DNA of 64,000 bases from Gammaproteobacteria bacterium (GCA_965243205.1 CBDEUK010000002.1:1-64000), one strand, 5' to 3'; positions 40,654-52,771 are shown, numbered from the stretch's first letter. The notes: a model not told the origin generated them from the sequence alone. Numbers and translations: made by a program.

Positions 40654-41451
40654 ATGGTTGGAAATCAATCAACATTCAGTGTACCTAAAGTCCGTTTACG
40701 ACAACGATTAAGTCAGTGGTTTCGTCAAGAACCGGGTAATGGATTGAGTAATTTAGAACATGCGCATCTGGATCACGCTTTATCAAATCTGTTTGGGTAC
40801 CATATTTTACAAGTTGGTAACCTGAATAATGTGAGTTTGATTTCCAACAGCCGTATTTCGCATAAAATTATCTTGGATTTTTTTCGCGATAAAGATCCAC
40901 GGTCACAAACAAATTTAGTAGCAGATAGTGAATATTTTCCTATCGAATCAGAAACAATGGATGTTGTTGTCATGCCGCATACTTTAGAATTCGAATCTTC
41001 ACCGCACCAAGTATTACGAGAAGCCAATAGGGTGTTGATTGGTGAAGGTCACGTGATCATCACTGGATTTAATCCATGGAGTTTATGGGGCTTTTGGCGT
41101 TTGTTATTAGCTTGGAAAGATGAACCACCATGGAGTGGAAAATTCATCGCATTAAATCGAATCAAAGATTGGTTATCACTGTTAGATTTTGAAGTGATAG
41201 AAAGCCAGCATTTCTATTTTAGACCACCATTTAAAAATGCACGTTTAATGAATAGCCTTTTATTTATGGAAAAGATGGGAAAGTATTTATTACCTTTTCT
41301 AGGCGGTGTTTATATTATCGTTGCTCGTAAACGTGTTGATGCTGTCACTCCTATCAAACTACGTTGGAAAAAACGTCGTCGTCTGATCTCTGCTGGTTTA
41401 GCGAAACCTTCTACTCGATTACATTCATCAAAACGATTGAATAAAGAATAA
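40654..41451 (+). CDS. SAM-dependent methyltransferase, YafS-like
   Basis: [36 protein letters not shown]; upstream of rnhA. Confidence 0.88.
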   Translation: MVGNQSTFSVPKVRLRQRLSQWFRQEPGNGLSNLEHAHLDHALSNLFGYHILQVGNLNNVSLISNSRISHKIILDFFRDKDPRSQTNLVADSEYFPIESETMDVVVMPHTLEFESSPHQVLREANRVLIGEGHVIITGFNPWSLWGFWRLLLAWKDEPPWSGKFIALNRIKDWLSLLDFEVIESQHFYFRPPFKNARLMNSLLFMEKMGKYLLPFLGGVYIIVARKRVDAVTPIKLRWKKRRRLISAGLAKPSTRLHSSKRLNKE

Positions 41452-41471
41452 TAGTCGTTAGCATACACAGC

Positions 41472-41909
41472 ATGTCTAAACGTGTAGAAATATTCACTGA
41501 CGGCGCATGTCGTGGAAATCCTGGCCCAGGTGGTTGGGGTACTTTACTGAGATTTGGTGAAACCGAAAAAGAGTTATACGGTGGAGAAGAAGATACCACG
41601 AATAATCGTATGGAATTAATGGCTGCTATTAAAGGCTTCGAAGCCTTAACGGAAAAGAATCTGCGAGTTGCTATCACGACGGATTCAGTTTACGTAAAAA
41701 GCGGCATTACAGAATGGATTAAGAACTGGAAGGCAAGAAACTGGAAAACTGCGAGTAAAAAGCCTGTTAAAAACGAAGATTTATGGCGACGTTTAGATGA
41801 ATTAGTTTCTGAACATGATGTTGAATGGTTCTGGGTCAAAGGCCACAGTGGTCATGAAGAAAATGAACGGGTAGATGCCTTAGCGAATAAGGGTATTGAT
41901 GAGTTGTAA
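41472..41909 (+). CDS. rnhA: Ribonuclease HI
   Basis: [36 protein letters not shown]. Confidence 0.99.
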   Translation: MSKRVEIFTDGACRGNPGPGGWGTLLRFGETEKELYGGEEDTTNNRMELMAAIKGFEALTEKNLRVAITTDSVYVKSGITEWIKNWKARNWKTASKKPVKNEDLWRRLDELVSEHDVEWFWVKGHSGHEENERVDALANKGIDEL

Positions 41910-41966
41910 ATACTTTTTTTAAAAAAGCATTCACAACTTTTTATTGTTTTATAAAATAAATTTACT

Positions 41967-42163
41967 TGTTCATTTTCTTTGCATGCCCAAAGAAAACGAA
42001 CCAAAAGAAAAGGCACTCCATTCAATGGCGCTGTGCGCTACCTTCGTCAGATACTATTTTTAACGGCACGTGCTCACGCGATATCCTATCGCGGTCACAC
42101 TCATCAAAACATCCCTGTTTTGATGGCCTAAAAATATTCCCTTCCTCAGCATTTCATAGGAGA
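41967..42163 (+). repeat. Structured intergenic repeat unit B1
   Basis: Near-identical to unit A2. Confidence 0.92.
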
Positions 42164-42176
42164 AAAATCTACTTTT

Positions 42177-42366
42177 ACCCGTTGAGTCTTGCCGAATACT
42201 GAAACAGGCATAGTGGAAAATTCACATGGATGTGAATTTTAATGAAGCGAAACAGGAGGTTTCGTCTGAATGACACGTAATGACGGTTTCAGGATGAGGA
42301 AAACAAGACGACCGGGTGTCTTTGTCTTTGGTTACTTTCTATTGGACAAGCAATAGAAAGTAACAA
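42177..42366 (-). repeat. Structured intergenic repeat unit B2
   Basis: Minus strand: GTTACTTTCTATTG-N6-CAATAGAAAGTAAC, then hairpins CGAAAC-ctcct-GTTTCG and AAAATTCAC-atccat-GTGAATTTT. Confidence 0.8.
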
Positions 42367-42410
42367 ATAAAAACATTTATATTAATTTCAAAAATCAATA
42401 AACTAATTAC

Positions 42411-43130
42411 ATGAGACAAATTATCCTCGATACTGAAACCACAGGTTTAGAACACAAACAAGGTCATAAGATCATTGAGATCGGTTGTGTTGAAATGATC
42501 AATCGTCGTAAGACTGATAATAACTATCATCAATACATAAATCCTGAACGTGAGATTGATGATGGTGCTATTGAAGTTCATGGTATTACCAATGAAGCCT
42601 TAGCGGATAAACCTAAGTTTCGTGACATTGCACAAGAGTTTATTGATTACATTCGAGGCGCGGAGTTAGTGATTCATAATGCGCCTTTTGATGTTGGTTT
42701 TATCAACGCTGAACTTAGTGCGATGGGACGACAATGGGGGCAGGTTGAAGATTACTGTACGGTTGTTGATACGCTGACCAAAGCTCGAGAAATGCACCCA
42801 GGGCAAAAGAATAGTTTGGATGCTTTATGTAAACGATATGAAGTTGATAATTCACAACGCGATTTACATGGTGCATTACTAGACGCGCGTATTTTATTAG
42901 ATGTTTATTTAGCAATGACTGGCGGTCAAGCTAAGTTGATGTTAGATGCAGAACAAGAACAAACGAAAACATCTGACTCAATTGTTCCTTTGTTCAAAGG
43001 CGAACGACCGAAATTAAAAGTAATTAAACCCAACGATGAAGAGAAGGAAGCACATCAAAAACGTATGGAGTTGGTGGAAAAGGAGTTTGGTTCAGAGCCA
43101 ATTTGGTATCAATTAGAACTCGATAGATAG
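42411..43130 (+). CDS. dnaQ: DNA polymerase III epsilon subunit
   Basis: RQIILDTETTG, HNAPFD, HGALLDA, MTGGQ. Confidence 0.98.
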   Translation: MRQIILDTETTGLEHKQGHKIIEIGCVEMINRRKTDNNYHQYINPEREIDDGAIEVHGITNEALADKPKFRDIAQEFIDYIRGAELVIHNAPFDVGFINAELSAMGRQWGQVEDYCTVVDTLTKAREMHPGQKNSLDALCKRYEVDNSQRDLHGALLDARILLDVYLAMTGGQAKLMLDAEQEQTKTSDSIVPLFKGERPKLKVIKPNDEEKEAHQKRMELVEKEFGSEPIWYQLELDR

Positions 43131-43158
43131 AACACTATCGAGTTCATATAACGAAAAA

Positions 43159-43482
43159 TTATTCTGCTTCAACGGCAGCTTTAGCCATCGTTTGTAATTC
43201 ACCTTTTTGATATAGATCTAACGTAATATCACAACCACCTACCAGTTCGCCTTTGATAAAGACTTGAGGAAAGGTCGGCCAGTTAGAAATGGCAGGAAGA
43301 TTCGCACGTACTTCTGGTTCAGCGAGTACATCAACGTAAGCAAATTCCACATCGCAGGCTTTTAATGCTTCAGATGTACGCATTGAAAAACCACATTGTG
43401 GAAATTGTGGGGTGCCTTTCATAAAGATAACGACTGGGTTGTCATCGATCGTGCTTTGAATTTTTTCTTGGATATCCATCAT
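43159..43482 (-). CDS. grxD: Monothiol glutaredoxin Grx4
   Basis: MKGTPQFPQCGFS, WPTFPQ, GGCD. Confidence 0.96.
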   Translation of the reverse strand: MMDIQEKIQSTIDDNPVVIFMKGTPQFPQCGFSMRTSEALKACDVEFAYVDVLAEPEVRANLPAISNWPTFPQVFIKGELVGGCDITLDLYQKGELQTMAKAAVEAE

Positions 43483-43561
43483 TTACCTCAAAATGGGTTG
43501 AAATTGCCATGAATTGTAAGGTTAGAGCAAGACTCAAGCAACTTTGTTCGATTTTTCCAAT

Positions 43562-45082
43562 TTAGTTGCTAAAACCTCCACCTCCAGGTGTTTCTATACG
43601 CAGTGTATCGCCTGATTCTGCATGAAAGTTTAATTTTGAGTGTATAGGCTTATTATTTAAATAATTAATACCTGCTTGTCCTGAACTACCTCCACGAATT
43701 CCCCAAGGATGGGTTTGTCGTCGTTCAGTTAACAAACTGACAGAAGCTGGTTTTAAAAATTCGTACTCACGAATTAAACCGTTACCACCTGCATATAATC
43801 CAGTTCCACCTGAATCTTGTCGAATCGAGTATTGTTGTAATCGTAACGGATAATAACGTTCTAATATTTCTATTGGAGTATTAGAAGTGTTTGTCATGTG
43901 AGTTTGCACAGCGTCGAAACCATTTGAATTTTGATGTGCGCCCATACCACCCGCTAAGGTTTCATAGTAATCCCAATCATGGCTGCCCATAGCAACATTA
44001 TTCATTGTACCTTGACTGGCAGCTGGTATTTTTTCTGGAATTGCTTGAGCTAAAGCACCCAATAACACATCAACGATACGACTACTTGTTTCAACATTTC
44101 CTGCGGCCACGGCTGCGGGTGCTTTTGCATTCACTAAGCAACCTTCAGGAGCGATGATATCGATGGAATGAAAACTACCTAAACAAGGCGGTGTATTTTC
44201 TGGCATTAATGCATAAAAACAATAATAAACTGCCGCAGCGGTAACTGATAAAGGGCAATTAATATTTCCTGTAACTTGTTTAGCCGTTCCCGTGAAATCT
44301 ACAGTGATATTATGTTCTGATACGTTTAAAGAAAGCTTTATAACAATCGATTGATTACCATGACCATCATCGTCCATAACATCTTCAAACTGATAGATTC
44401 CATTTTTAATTTGCTGTAAACCAGATTTTGCCAGCTTAAACGCATATTGATTAATGGCCTTCAATGAATTTTCAAATGTTGTAATACCAATGGATTGTAA
44501 CCATGATAATAAACGTATTTGCGCACGTTGGTTGGCACTAATTTGTGCAATTAAATCGGCTTTAACATGATGAGGATTGGTTGTTTTAGATAATATGGAA
44601 TTTAATAATGTGTTATCGAAATCTCCAGCACGCTTTAATAAGCCAGGTGAAATAATAATGCCTTCATCTTCTAAACGAGTTGCTAATGGCATAGAGCCTG
44701 GAGTATCAGAACCGATGTCAGCGTAATGAGCTCGATTCGCAGCGAATGCGATGAGTTGTTCATTGAAAAATATCGGGCTGATAATTGTTACATCAGGTAA
44801 ATGAGTTCCACCTAAAAATGGATCATTCACAATCAACACATCATCTTGTTGCCAATCGATGTCTTTGACAATTTTTGTCATGGCAAAGGCCATGCTGCCT
44901 AAATGAACGGGGATATGAGCCGCTTGTGCGCATAAACCTCCGTCGCGATCAAAAATCGCACAAGAATAGTCTAATCGGTCTTTAATATTGGGCGAAAAAG
45001 CAGTTTTTTGTAACGTCGCCCCCATCTCTTGGCAAATAGCCGACAGTTGTGAAATAAAAAGTGTAAGTTCAATCGAATTCAT
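43562..45082 (-). CDS. Hydantoinase B/5-oxoprolinase subunit
   Basis: SPNIKDRLDYSCA, HIPVHLG, NDPFLGGTHLPD, HMTNT.NTP.E, TPGGGG. Confidence 0.92.
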   Translation of the reverse strand: MNSIELTLFISQLSAICQEMGATLQKTAFSPNIKDRLDYSCAIFDRDGGLCAQAAHIPVHLGSMAFAMTKIVKDIDWQQDDVLIVNDPFLGGTHLPDVTIISPIFFNEQLIAFAANRAHYADIGSDTPGSMPLATRLEDEGIIISPGLLKRAGDFDNTLLNSILSKTTNPHHVKADLIAQISANQRAQIRLLSWLQSIGITTFENSLKAINQYAFKLAKSGLQQIKNGIYQFEDVMDDDGHGNQSIVIKLSLNVSEHNITVDFTGTAKQVTGNINCPLSVTAAAVYYCFYALMPENTPPCLGSFHSIDIIAPEGCLVNAKAPAAVAAGNVETSSRIVDVLLGALAQAIPEKIPAASQGTMNNVAMGSHDWDYYETLAGGMGAHQNSNGFDAVQTHMTNTSNTPIEILERYYPLRLQQYSIRQDSGGTGLYAGGNGLIREYEFLKPASVSLLTERRQTHPWGIRGGSSGQAGINYLNNKPIHSKLNFHAESGDTLRIETPGGGGFSN

Positions 45083-45189
45083 TGATTTTTATAGTATATA
45101 GGGGATGAAAGCTGTTCATGACCTAAGTATAATGAAACCTGTTTTACGCTATTATATCTAGAATTATACCAATCTGGGGGAACGTTGAG

Positions 45190-45777
45190 ATGAATCCACT
45201 TAAATCTGTGTCAGGCACAATCATATTAGGTTTTGTGACGGCTATTATTATTTCTTTGGTGCTGACTGGAGAATTTTCTATTAATAAATGGTCATTAGTT
45301 ACATGGTTACATGTATTTTTTGGTGTGATTTGGATAGGTCTTTTATATTATTTCAATTTCGTGCAAGTTCCTGCTGTTGGTGAAGCGGCGGCAGATTCTG
45401 GTGGTCCTGGGCCTGCAGCAATCAATAAATACGTTGCTCCAAGAGCATTATGGTGGTTTCGTTGGGGAGCATTGTTAACTTGGTTAACAGGTGCCGCAGC
45501 TTTGGAAGTTTCTGGGTTTGGTTTAGTAAAAGCGTTTACCTTACAACCTGGTGTAGAGATCATTGGAGTGGGTGCTTGGTTAGGTACTATTATGTTATTC
45601 AATGTATGGGTATTGATTTGGCCTAATCAGAAAAAAATTCTGGGTATGGTTCCAGCCAGTGACGATGAAATAGCTAAAGGAAAATTTACTGCACTGATGG
45701 CTTCTAGAACCAATACTTTTTTATCAATACCAATGTTGATGTGTATGGTTGGTCAGATGCACCAATTACCAATTTAA
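45190..45777 (+). CDS. PuuD (urate oxidase N-terminal domain) family membrane protein
   Basis: WLHV..GVIWIGLLYYFN, WWFRWGA..TWLTG, GTIM..NVW..IWPNQ, SRTNT.LS.P. Confidence 0.85.
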   Translation: MNPLKSVSGTIILGFVTAIIISLVLTGEFSINKWSLVTWLHVFFGVIWIGLLYYFNFVQVPAVGEAAADSGGPGPAAINKYVAPRALWWFRWGALLTWLTGAAALEVSGFGLVKAFTLQPGVEIIGVGAWLGTIMLFNVWVLIWPNQKKILGMVPASDDEIAKGKFTALMASRTNTFLSIPMLMCMVGQMHQLPI

Positions 45778-45800
45778 TTATTAATTATAATTTTACGATT

Positions 45801-45826
45801 AAACCCGGCCTATATGGTCGGGTTTT
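45801..45826 (+). terminator. Rho-independent terminator
   Basis: AAACCCGGCC-tatat-GGTCGGGTTTT. Confidence 0.7.
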
Positions 45827-45880
45827 CGCTTTTATTGAACTAGTATTTTTGAATAAGAAAACAAATTTATTAAGATAGCA

Positions 45881-47053
45881 ATGAGTCATTTAATGGCAAA
45901 TTATAAACCTTATCCAGTTACGTTCACTCATGGTGAAGGTGCTTGGTTAATTGATGAAAAAGGTAATCGATACTTAGATGCCTTAAGTGGTATTGCTGTT
46001 TGTGGATTAGGTCATGCGAATAAAGCTTTGGCTACTGCTCTGCATGCGCAAGCGAATACCTTAATTCATACCTCAAATTTATATCAAATTGAATTACAAG
46101 AACGCTTGGCGGATAAACTTTCCAAACTATCAGGTATGGATAAAGTATTCTTTTGCAACTCAGGTGCCGAAGCTAATGAAGCGGCAATAAAGTTATCTCG
46201 TTTACATGGACATAAACAAAACTTTCAAAGCCCCAAAGTCATCGTGATGAACAGCAGTTTTCATGGCCGAACTATGGCGACGTTAACGGCAACGGGTAAC
46301 CCTAAAGTTCATAATGGTTTTGCTCCATTAGTCGAAGGTTTTATTCATGTGCCTTATAACGATATTGCAGCTATAGAAACCATCGCAAAAGAACACAATG
46401 AAATTGTTGCCATCATGTTAGAACCTGTACAAGGTGAAGGTGGTATTAATGTTCCTGATATGGGTTTTTTAAAGGCCATTCGAGAGTTATGTGATCAAAA
46501 CGATTGGTTAATGATCGTAGATGAAATTCAGACTGGTATGTGTCGTACAGGTAAATGGTTTGCGCATCAACATGAAGCCATTAAGCCTGATGTTATGACA
46601 TTAGCAAAAGCGTTAGGTAATGGTGTGCCGATTGGTGCATGTTTGGCGACTGGTAAAGCAGCTGATTTATTTCAGCCTGGTAGTCATGGTTCTACCTTTG
46701 GTGGTAATCCATTAGCTTGTAGAGCTGCTTTAACCGTCATTGAAGAATTAGAAAAATTGCACGCAAATACTCAAGCAAGTGAACTAGGTCAAACTATGCT
46801 TGAACAATTTAAACAAGAATTAGCTGATGTTTCTGGCGTGAAACATATTAGAGGTAAAGGTCTAATGCTCGGTATAGAGCTAGAAAAACCATGTGCAGAA
46901 TTAGTGACGATGGCTTTAGAAAAACATTGTTTGATCAATGTAACGGCTGATAAAGTGATTCGTTTATTACCGCCTCTGATTATCAGCGGTGAAGAAGCAA
47001 ATCAAATTGTTAATATCGTTTCCGATATTATAAAAACATTTTTAAAAGAGTAA
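45881..47053 (+). CDS. argD: Acetylornithine aminotransferase
   Basis: FCNSGAEANE, SFHGRT, DEIQTG, LAKALGNG; adjacent to argF. Confidence 0.93.
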   Translation: MSHLMANYKPYPVTFTHGEGAWLIDEKGNRYLDALSGIAVCGLGHANKALATALHAQANTLIHTSNLYQIELQERLADKLSKLSGMDKVFFCNSGAEANEAAIKLSRLHGHKQNFQSPKVIVMNSSFHGRTMATLTATGNPKVHNGFAPLVEGFIHVPYNDIAAIETIAKEHNEIVAIMLEPVQGEGGINVPDMGFLKAIRELCDQNDWLMIVDEIQTGMCRTGKWFAHQHEAIKPDVMTLAKALGNGVPIGACLATGKAADLFQPGSHGSTFGGNPLACRAALTVIEELEKLHANTQASELGQTMLEQFKQELADVSGVKHIRGKGLMLGIELEKPCAELVTMALEKHCLINVTADKVIRLLPPLIISGEEANQIVNIVSDIIKTFLKE

Positions 47054-47061
47054 TCGATTCG

Positions 47062-47964
47062 ATGAAACCCAAACATTTCCTTACATTGAATGATCTTTCT
47101 CGTGATGCATTTGTAAAGTTGGTCGAGGATGCTATTCAATTAAAACATGCCGTTAAGTCGGGTGAGATGCAGCAAAAACTACCTGGCAAAGTCATGGCGA
47201 TGATTTTTGAAAAATCATCAACTCGTACACGTGTCTCATTTGAAACAGCGATGGCACAAAATGGTGGTCATGCAATTTTCTTATCACCCGATAACACACA
47301 ACTAGGCCGTGGTGAACCAATCGAAGATACTGCAAGAGTATTATCGGAAATGGTCGATATTGTCATGATTCGAACTTTCGAACAGAAAAAAATAGAAACC
47401 TTTGCTGAATACGCTTCAATTCCGGTGATAAATGGTTTATCAGATTCATATCATCCCTGTCAGTTATTAGCCGATATGCAAACCTATTGGGAACATCGTG
47501 GTGATATCGCAGGTAAAACAGTCACATGGTTAGGTGATGGCAATAATATGTGTCATTCTTATGTGAATGCAGCGCATATTTTAGGTTTTAATTTAAATAT
47601 TGCTTGCCCTGAAGAATATAAACCTGATTCAACAGTCGTTGATTTATCACAAGCTAATATCAAAATTACACAAGATCCAAACGAAGCTGTCGAAAACAGT
47701 GATTTAATCGTTACTGATGTTTGGGCCAGTATGGGGCAAGAAGAAGAAGCCAATGAACGCTTAAATATATTTAAATCTTTTCAAGTGAATCAAGATTTAA
47801 TGTCGAGAGCAAAACCTGATGCATTGTTTATGCATTGTTTGCCAGCTCATCGAGATGATGAAGTGACTGCAGAAGTGATTGATGGTCCTCAGAGTGTAGT
47901 GTGGGATGAAGCCGGAAATAGACTACATGCACAAAAAGCTTTGGTAGAATTATTGCTATTATAA
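47062..47964 (+). CDS. argF: Ornithine carbamoyltransferase
   Basis: SSTRTRVSF, HPCQ, DVWASMG, FMHCLPA. Confidence 0.97.
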   Translation: MKPKHFLTLNDLSRDAFVKLVEDAIQLKHAVKSGEMQQKLPGKVMAMIFEKSSTRTRVSFETAMAQNGGHAIFLSPDNTQLGRGEPIEDTARVLSEMVDIVMIRTFEQKKIETFAEYASIPVINGLSDSYHPCQLLADMQTYWEHRGDIAGKTVTWLGDGNNMCHSYVNAAHILGFNLNIACPEEYKPDSTVVDLSQANIKITQDPNEAVENSDLIVTDVWASMGQEEEANERLNIFKSFQVNQDLMSRAKPDALFMHCLPAHRDDEVTAEVIDGPQSVVWDEAGNRLHAQKALVELLLL

Positions 47965-47990
47965 AAAATTCTAATCGAGTAACTAACTAG

Positions 47991-48743
47991 ATGCATTTCT
48001 TAATTAGTAATGATGATGGCTTCAGAGCAACAGGTATTGTTGAATTAGCCAAAGCAATTTCAAATATTGGTTCTATTACTGTAGTAGCTCCTGATCAAGA
48101 TCGTAGTGGTGCGAGTAACTCTTTAACGTTAAATTCACCACTAAGACCACAAATTGCTGAGAATGGATTTTATTATGTCAATGGAACTCCTACTGACTGT
48201 GTTCACTTAGCGATTACAGGTTTGATTGAGCAAGATTTAGATATGGTAATCAGCGGTATTAATTCTGGGCCAAATTTAGGTGATGATGTTTTATATTCGG
48301 GTACGGTTGCCGCAGCAATGGAAGGACGTTTTCTAGGTAAACCGGCCATTGCTTTATCATTAGCGGGTGAAAATCCAACGCATTATGAAACAGCTGTGCA
48401 AGTTGCGCTTAAAATTATTCCTGAATTGTTAAAAGCTGAAGTTTCTAATGACATATTATTGAATATTAATATTCCTGATGTTTCCCTTGATGAATTAGCT
48501 GGTTTTGAAGTGACGCGTTTGGGTAATCGTCATAAATCTGAACCTGTGATTCAATCTAAAGATCCTAGAGGTAAAGATATTTATTGGGTGGGTGCTGTTG
48601 GTGCTGAACAAGATGCGGGTTCTGGCACCGATTTTTATGCGATTAAACAAAATAGGGTTTCAATTACACCACTTTCAGTCGATTTGACAGCGCATAAGCA
48701 GCTCGATAACGTATCTGAGTGCTTGAGAAATTTAATTCCATGA
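47991..48743 (+). CDS. surE: 5'/3'-nucleotidase SurE
   Basis: [22 protein letters not shown]. Confidence 0.97.
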   Translation: MHFLISNDDGFRATGIVELAKAISNIGSITVVAPDQDRSGASNSLTLNSPLRPQIAENGFYYVNGTPTDCVHLAITGLIEQDLDMVISGINSGPNLGDDVLYSGTVAAAMEGRFLGKPAIALSLAGENPTHYETAVQVALKIIPELLKAEVSNDILLNINIPDVSLDELAGFEVTRLGNRHKSEPVIQSKDPRGKDIYWVGAVGAEQDAGSGTDFYAIKQNRVSITPLSVDLTAHKQLDNVSECLRNLIP

Positions 48744-49399
48744 ATGTTAATCTGCAAGGCATCGGAATGACTTCACGTCGTGCACGCAATCGTTTACTTG
48801 AAACGTTGCGCGAGATGGGAATTCAATCTGAAATAGTCTTGGAAGTGATCAGTAATATACCAAGACATATTTTTGTTGATGAGGCTCTGGCATCACGTGC
48901 CTATGAAAATACCGCGTTACCGATTGGTCATAATCAAACTATTTCACAGCCATATATTGTTGCTCGAATGACAGAGGCGCTATTAGAAGGCGGTAAATTA
49001 GAAAACGTTTTAGAAATTGGTACGGGTTGTGGTTATCAGACGTCAGTTTTAGCTAGTCTAGCGGATAAAGTCTTTAGTATTGAGCGTATTGATGCTTTGT
49101 TGGAAAAAACGCGAGAACGTATGCGTTTGTTAAAATATTACAATGTTCGAATCAAACATGGAGATGGTAATATTGGTTGGCCAGACAGAGGTCCTTTTGA
49201 TGGGATTATTGTTACGGCGGCACCATTAGGTGTACCTGAAAAATTATTAGAACAGTTAACCATAGGAGGTCGCTTGGTTATTCCAGTAGGACAATCGGGT
49301 AAACAACAATTGCTACGCATTACTCGTACTGAAACAGAATACGAGCAAGAACTTTTAGACTCTGTCAGTTTTGTACCGATGTTAGATGGCAAACAATAA
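48740..49399 (+). CDS. pcm: Protein-L-isoaspartate O-methyltransferase
   Basis: [25 protein letters not shown]; surE-pcm-nlpD-rpoS order. Confidence 0.96.
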   Translation: MNVNLQGIGMTSRRARNRLLETLREMGIQSEIVLEVISNIPRHIFVDEALASRAYENTALPIGHNQTISQPYIVARMTEALLEGGKLENVLEIGTGCGYQTSVLASLADKVFSIERIDALLEKTRERMRLLKYYNVRIKHGDGNIGWPDRGPFDGIIVTAAPLGVPEKLLEQLTIGGRLVIPVGQSGKQQLLRITRTETEYEQELLDSVSFVPMLDGKQ

Positions 49400-50351
49400 T
49401 CTTCAAACTTATATTCTGCCTTTTAAAAATCTCTCTTTACGAGCTGTAAGTTTATTTGTTGCCTTACTCGCGGTTTCATTTAACTTTGCTTGCTCAAGTA
49501 AGGTCGAAGTGCCTGTTTCAAGTCGAGAGTTCAAAGTTGATAAGAATGCACCATCAACATCCTCACCATCAGGATATGATTCAAGTCCTAGAGTCGTTTC
49601 CAAATCAGCAAAGCCTTTCACGGGAACGTATATTGTTGAATCTGGAGATACTTTATACTCAATAGCTTGGCGTTACGGATATGATTTTAAAGATGTTGCT
49701 ACATGGAATGACATTGATGAACCTTATATTATTTATCCAGGACAAAAAATCGATCTTAAAGCTAAGCCTAAAGCAGTTACCAAGCCCAAAAAATCTTTAC
49801 AACCAGGGCCTATTATCTCTAAAAGTGAGAAATCGGATAAAAAAACACAAAAGAAATCAAATCTACAACCTAAACCTGTTTCTAAGAGCCCCTCAAAACA
49901 AAAGACAGCAACTGAAAAACCAAAACAAACAGTTGTAACGAAAAAAAATACAACAAAAGCTAAACCAAAACCATTGCCGACAGGAAAAGTTAAATGGCAA
50001 TGGCCTACTCAAGGTAAATTAGTTCGCTCAAAACAATTAACGTCTAAAAAAGGTATCGATATTAGTGGTCGTATTGGTCAACCTATAAAAGCGGCTGCAG
50101 CTGGAAGAGTTGTTTATAGTGGTAGTGGCCTTCTAGGTTATGGTAGGCTTATCATTATCAAACATAGTGAAACCTATTTGAGTGCGTATGCTCACAACAG
50201 TGAATTATTGGCTAGGGAAGGTGATAACATCTCCATTGGTCAAACAATTGCAAAAATGGGTGCCAATAATAATGGCCAACCGTTGTTACACTTTGAAATT
50301 CGTAAGAATGGTAAGTCCATTAATCCTCTTAAATTATTACCTAAAAGATAA
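49386..50351 (+). CDS. nlpD: LysM/M23 lipoprotein NlpD
   Basis: GDTLYSIAW LysM, WQWP, GYG.LIIIKH, LHFEIR. Confidence 0.92.
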   Translation: MANNNLQTYILPFKNLSLRAVSLFVALLAVSFNFACSSKVEVPVSSREFKVDKNAPSTSSPSGYDSSPRVVSKSAKPFTGTYIVESGDTLYSIAWRYGYDFKDVATWNDIDEPYIIYPGQKIDLKAKPKAVTKPKKSLQPGPIISKSEKSDKKTQKKSNLQPKPVSKSPSKQKTATEKPKQTVVTKKNTTKAKPKPLPTGKVKWQWPTQGKLVRSKQLTSKKGIDISGRIGQPIKAAAAGRVVYSGSGLLGYGRLIIIKHSETYLSAYAHNSELLAREGDNISIGQTIAKMGANNNGQPLLHFEIRKNGKSINPLKLLPKR

Positions 50352-50376
50352 TCACTAAACTTCAATTATTTATCCG

Positions 50377-51402
50377 ATGACGAAACAGAAAAACATGGAA
50401 ACAGAAAACGATAAGACCAATAAAGCAGAAGTTTCGGAAGAACTTGATGAAACTATGGATATGGAAGACGTTGAGTTATTGGATATGGAAAATGAGGATG
50501 ACACTGAGTCAGATTCAGATAAAGATGAACCTGAAATAACAGCTACCGCTCCTGTATCCAAGGGTGACCTTGACGCAACGCGTTTATATCTTAATGAAAT
50601 CGGTTATTCACCGTTATTAACAGCTGAAGAAGAGGTGTATTACTCTCGCAAAGCTTTAAAAGGTGATGAAGCAGCACGCAAACGTATGATCGAAAGCAAT
50701 CTTAGACTTGTTGTTAAGATTGCCCGTCGTTATATGAATCGTGGCTTAGCACTATTAGATCTAATTGAAGAAGGTAATCTTGGTTTAATACGTGCTGTTG
50801 AAAAATTCGATCCTGAACGAGGCTTTCGCTTCTCTACTTATGCGACTTGGTGGATACGCCAGACAATTGAGCGTGGTTTGATGAATCAAACACGTACTGT
50901 GCGTTTACCAATCCATGTGATTAAAGAAATTAATATCTATCTTAGGGCTGCACGTGAGTTATCTCAAAAGTTAGATAGAGAACCTAGTCCTGAAGATGTT
51001 GCAGAGATGTTGGATAAGCCCATAGACGAAGTAAAACGCATGTTAGGACTAAATGAACGTATTTCATCAGTTGATATGCCAAGTCCATATGGAGCTGAAA
51101 AAACACTATTAGAAACGATTCCTGATGAACAAAACACTGATCCATCGCAATTATTGCAAAATAACGATGTAAAAAAACACATTGATACCTGGTTAGAACA
51201 ACTTAGTGAAAAACAATGTGCTGTTGTAGAAAGACGTTTTGGCTTACATGGGCGAGAAGTTGCTACATTAGAAGAAATTGGTGAAGAATTAGGTGTTACA
51301 CGTGAACGAGTGCGTCAAATTCAGTTAGAAGCTTTAAAACGTTTGCGTCAAATCCTACAACGGGAAGGTTTTTCCGTTGATACCTTGTTTAGTGAGTCAT
51401 AA
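50377..51402 (+). CDS. rpoS: RNA polymerase sigma factor RpoS
   Basis: [46 protein letters not shown]. Confidence 0.97.
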   Translation: MTKQKNMETENDKTNKAEVSEELDETMDMEDVELLDMENEDDTESDSDKDEPEITATAPVSKGDLDATRLYLNEIGYSPLLTAEEEVYYSRKALKGDEAARKRMIESNLRLVVKIARRYMNRGLALLDLIEEGNLGLIRAVEKFDPERGFRFSTYATWWIRQTIERGLMNQTRTVRLPIHVIKEINIYLRAARELSQKLDREPSPEDVAEMLDKPIDEVKRMLGLNERISSVDMPSPYGAEKTLLETIPDEQNTDPSQLLQNNDVKKHIDTWLEQLSEKQCAVVERRFGLHGREVATLEEIGEELGVTRERVRQIQLEALKRLRQILQREGFSVDTLFSES

Positions 51403-51409
51403 ATCCTTG

Positions 51410-51787
51410 CTATATGAACATTGCTGCTGCAATAAAACGTTTTTCAGCAACTAATAAGTTAAAACATCGACAAGCTGCACCCGTATCCATCGCTTCAAAA
51501 CCAATATCTTTAGATTGTAAGTATGCTATGACTTCATTTGATGGAAAAACTAACGATTTACCACTTCCTATGAGTAATAGTTCAGGTTTTTTATCAGTAA
51601 TTTCTGATAAATCATCTAAATTAATATCTTTAGGTGTTACTGGTCGCCATGTTTCAATGATTTTATCTGGAAATAGTATAAATCTATCGGTCATTGTTGT
51701 GTTATTTACAACAATTTTATCTAAATCGTATGAATGAATGTTGAATTCATTATTATGATCAGTATCAAGTTCTAATTTCATTGTCAT
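51410..51787 (-). CDS. Mth938-like (DUF498) protein
   Basis: PELLLIGSG, IGFEAMDT.AACR.FN.L..E.R. Confidence 0.88.
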   Translation of the reverse strand: MTMKLELDTDHNNEFNIHSYDLDKIVVNNTTMTDRFILFPDKIIETWRPVTPKDINLDDLSEITDKKPELLLIGSGKSLVFPSNEVIAYLQSKDIGFEAMDTGAACRCFNLLVAEKRFIAAAMFI

Positions 51788-51842
51788 TTATCAATTAAAT
51801 CGTCATCTATAAGTTTAAATTAAAAAATTGGAGGAAAGTTAA

Positions 51843-52499
<657 letters not shown>

Positions 52500-52502
52500 T
52501 AA

Positions 52503-52646
52503 AACGTTTATTAAGTAAAAAATTATAAAATATTTACTTAAACGTTAACTTTTTTATAAAAGTTTTATAAAAAATGAATGTTTTTAAAAAAATTAACTAA
52601 CTTTTTATAAAATTTTATAGAAATAGTTAAAGTTTTTTATAAAAAA
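52503..52646. repeat. AT-rich palindromic TTTTATAAAA array
   Basis: Exact copies at 52552, 52563, 52603, 52635; one-mismatch copy at 52613. Confidence 0.75.
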
Positions 52647-52771
52647 GATCGTTATTAATAAAAAAAAGTAGAAAAATAAAAAAACATTACTATAATTGAC
52701 ATCGACATTTTGTTTGTTTTTGTTTTTTTATGTTTGTTCCATTAATTGTTGAGCTAAGGGGAGTCTAAACC

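Noticed and set aside
34914-42366. Repeats as CRISPR array, tRNA or autonomous IS
   Set aside because: No repeat-spacer periodicity, no tRNA T/D-loop consensus, no transposase ORF
52500-52770. AT-rich region as oriC
   Set aside because: No TTATCCACA-type DnaA boxes seen, only one GATC, and no dnaA/gidA context
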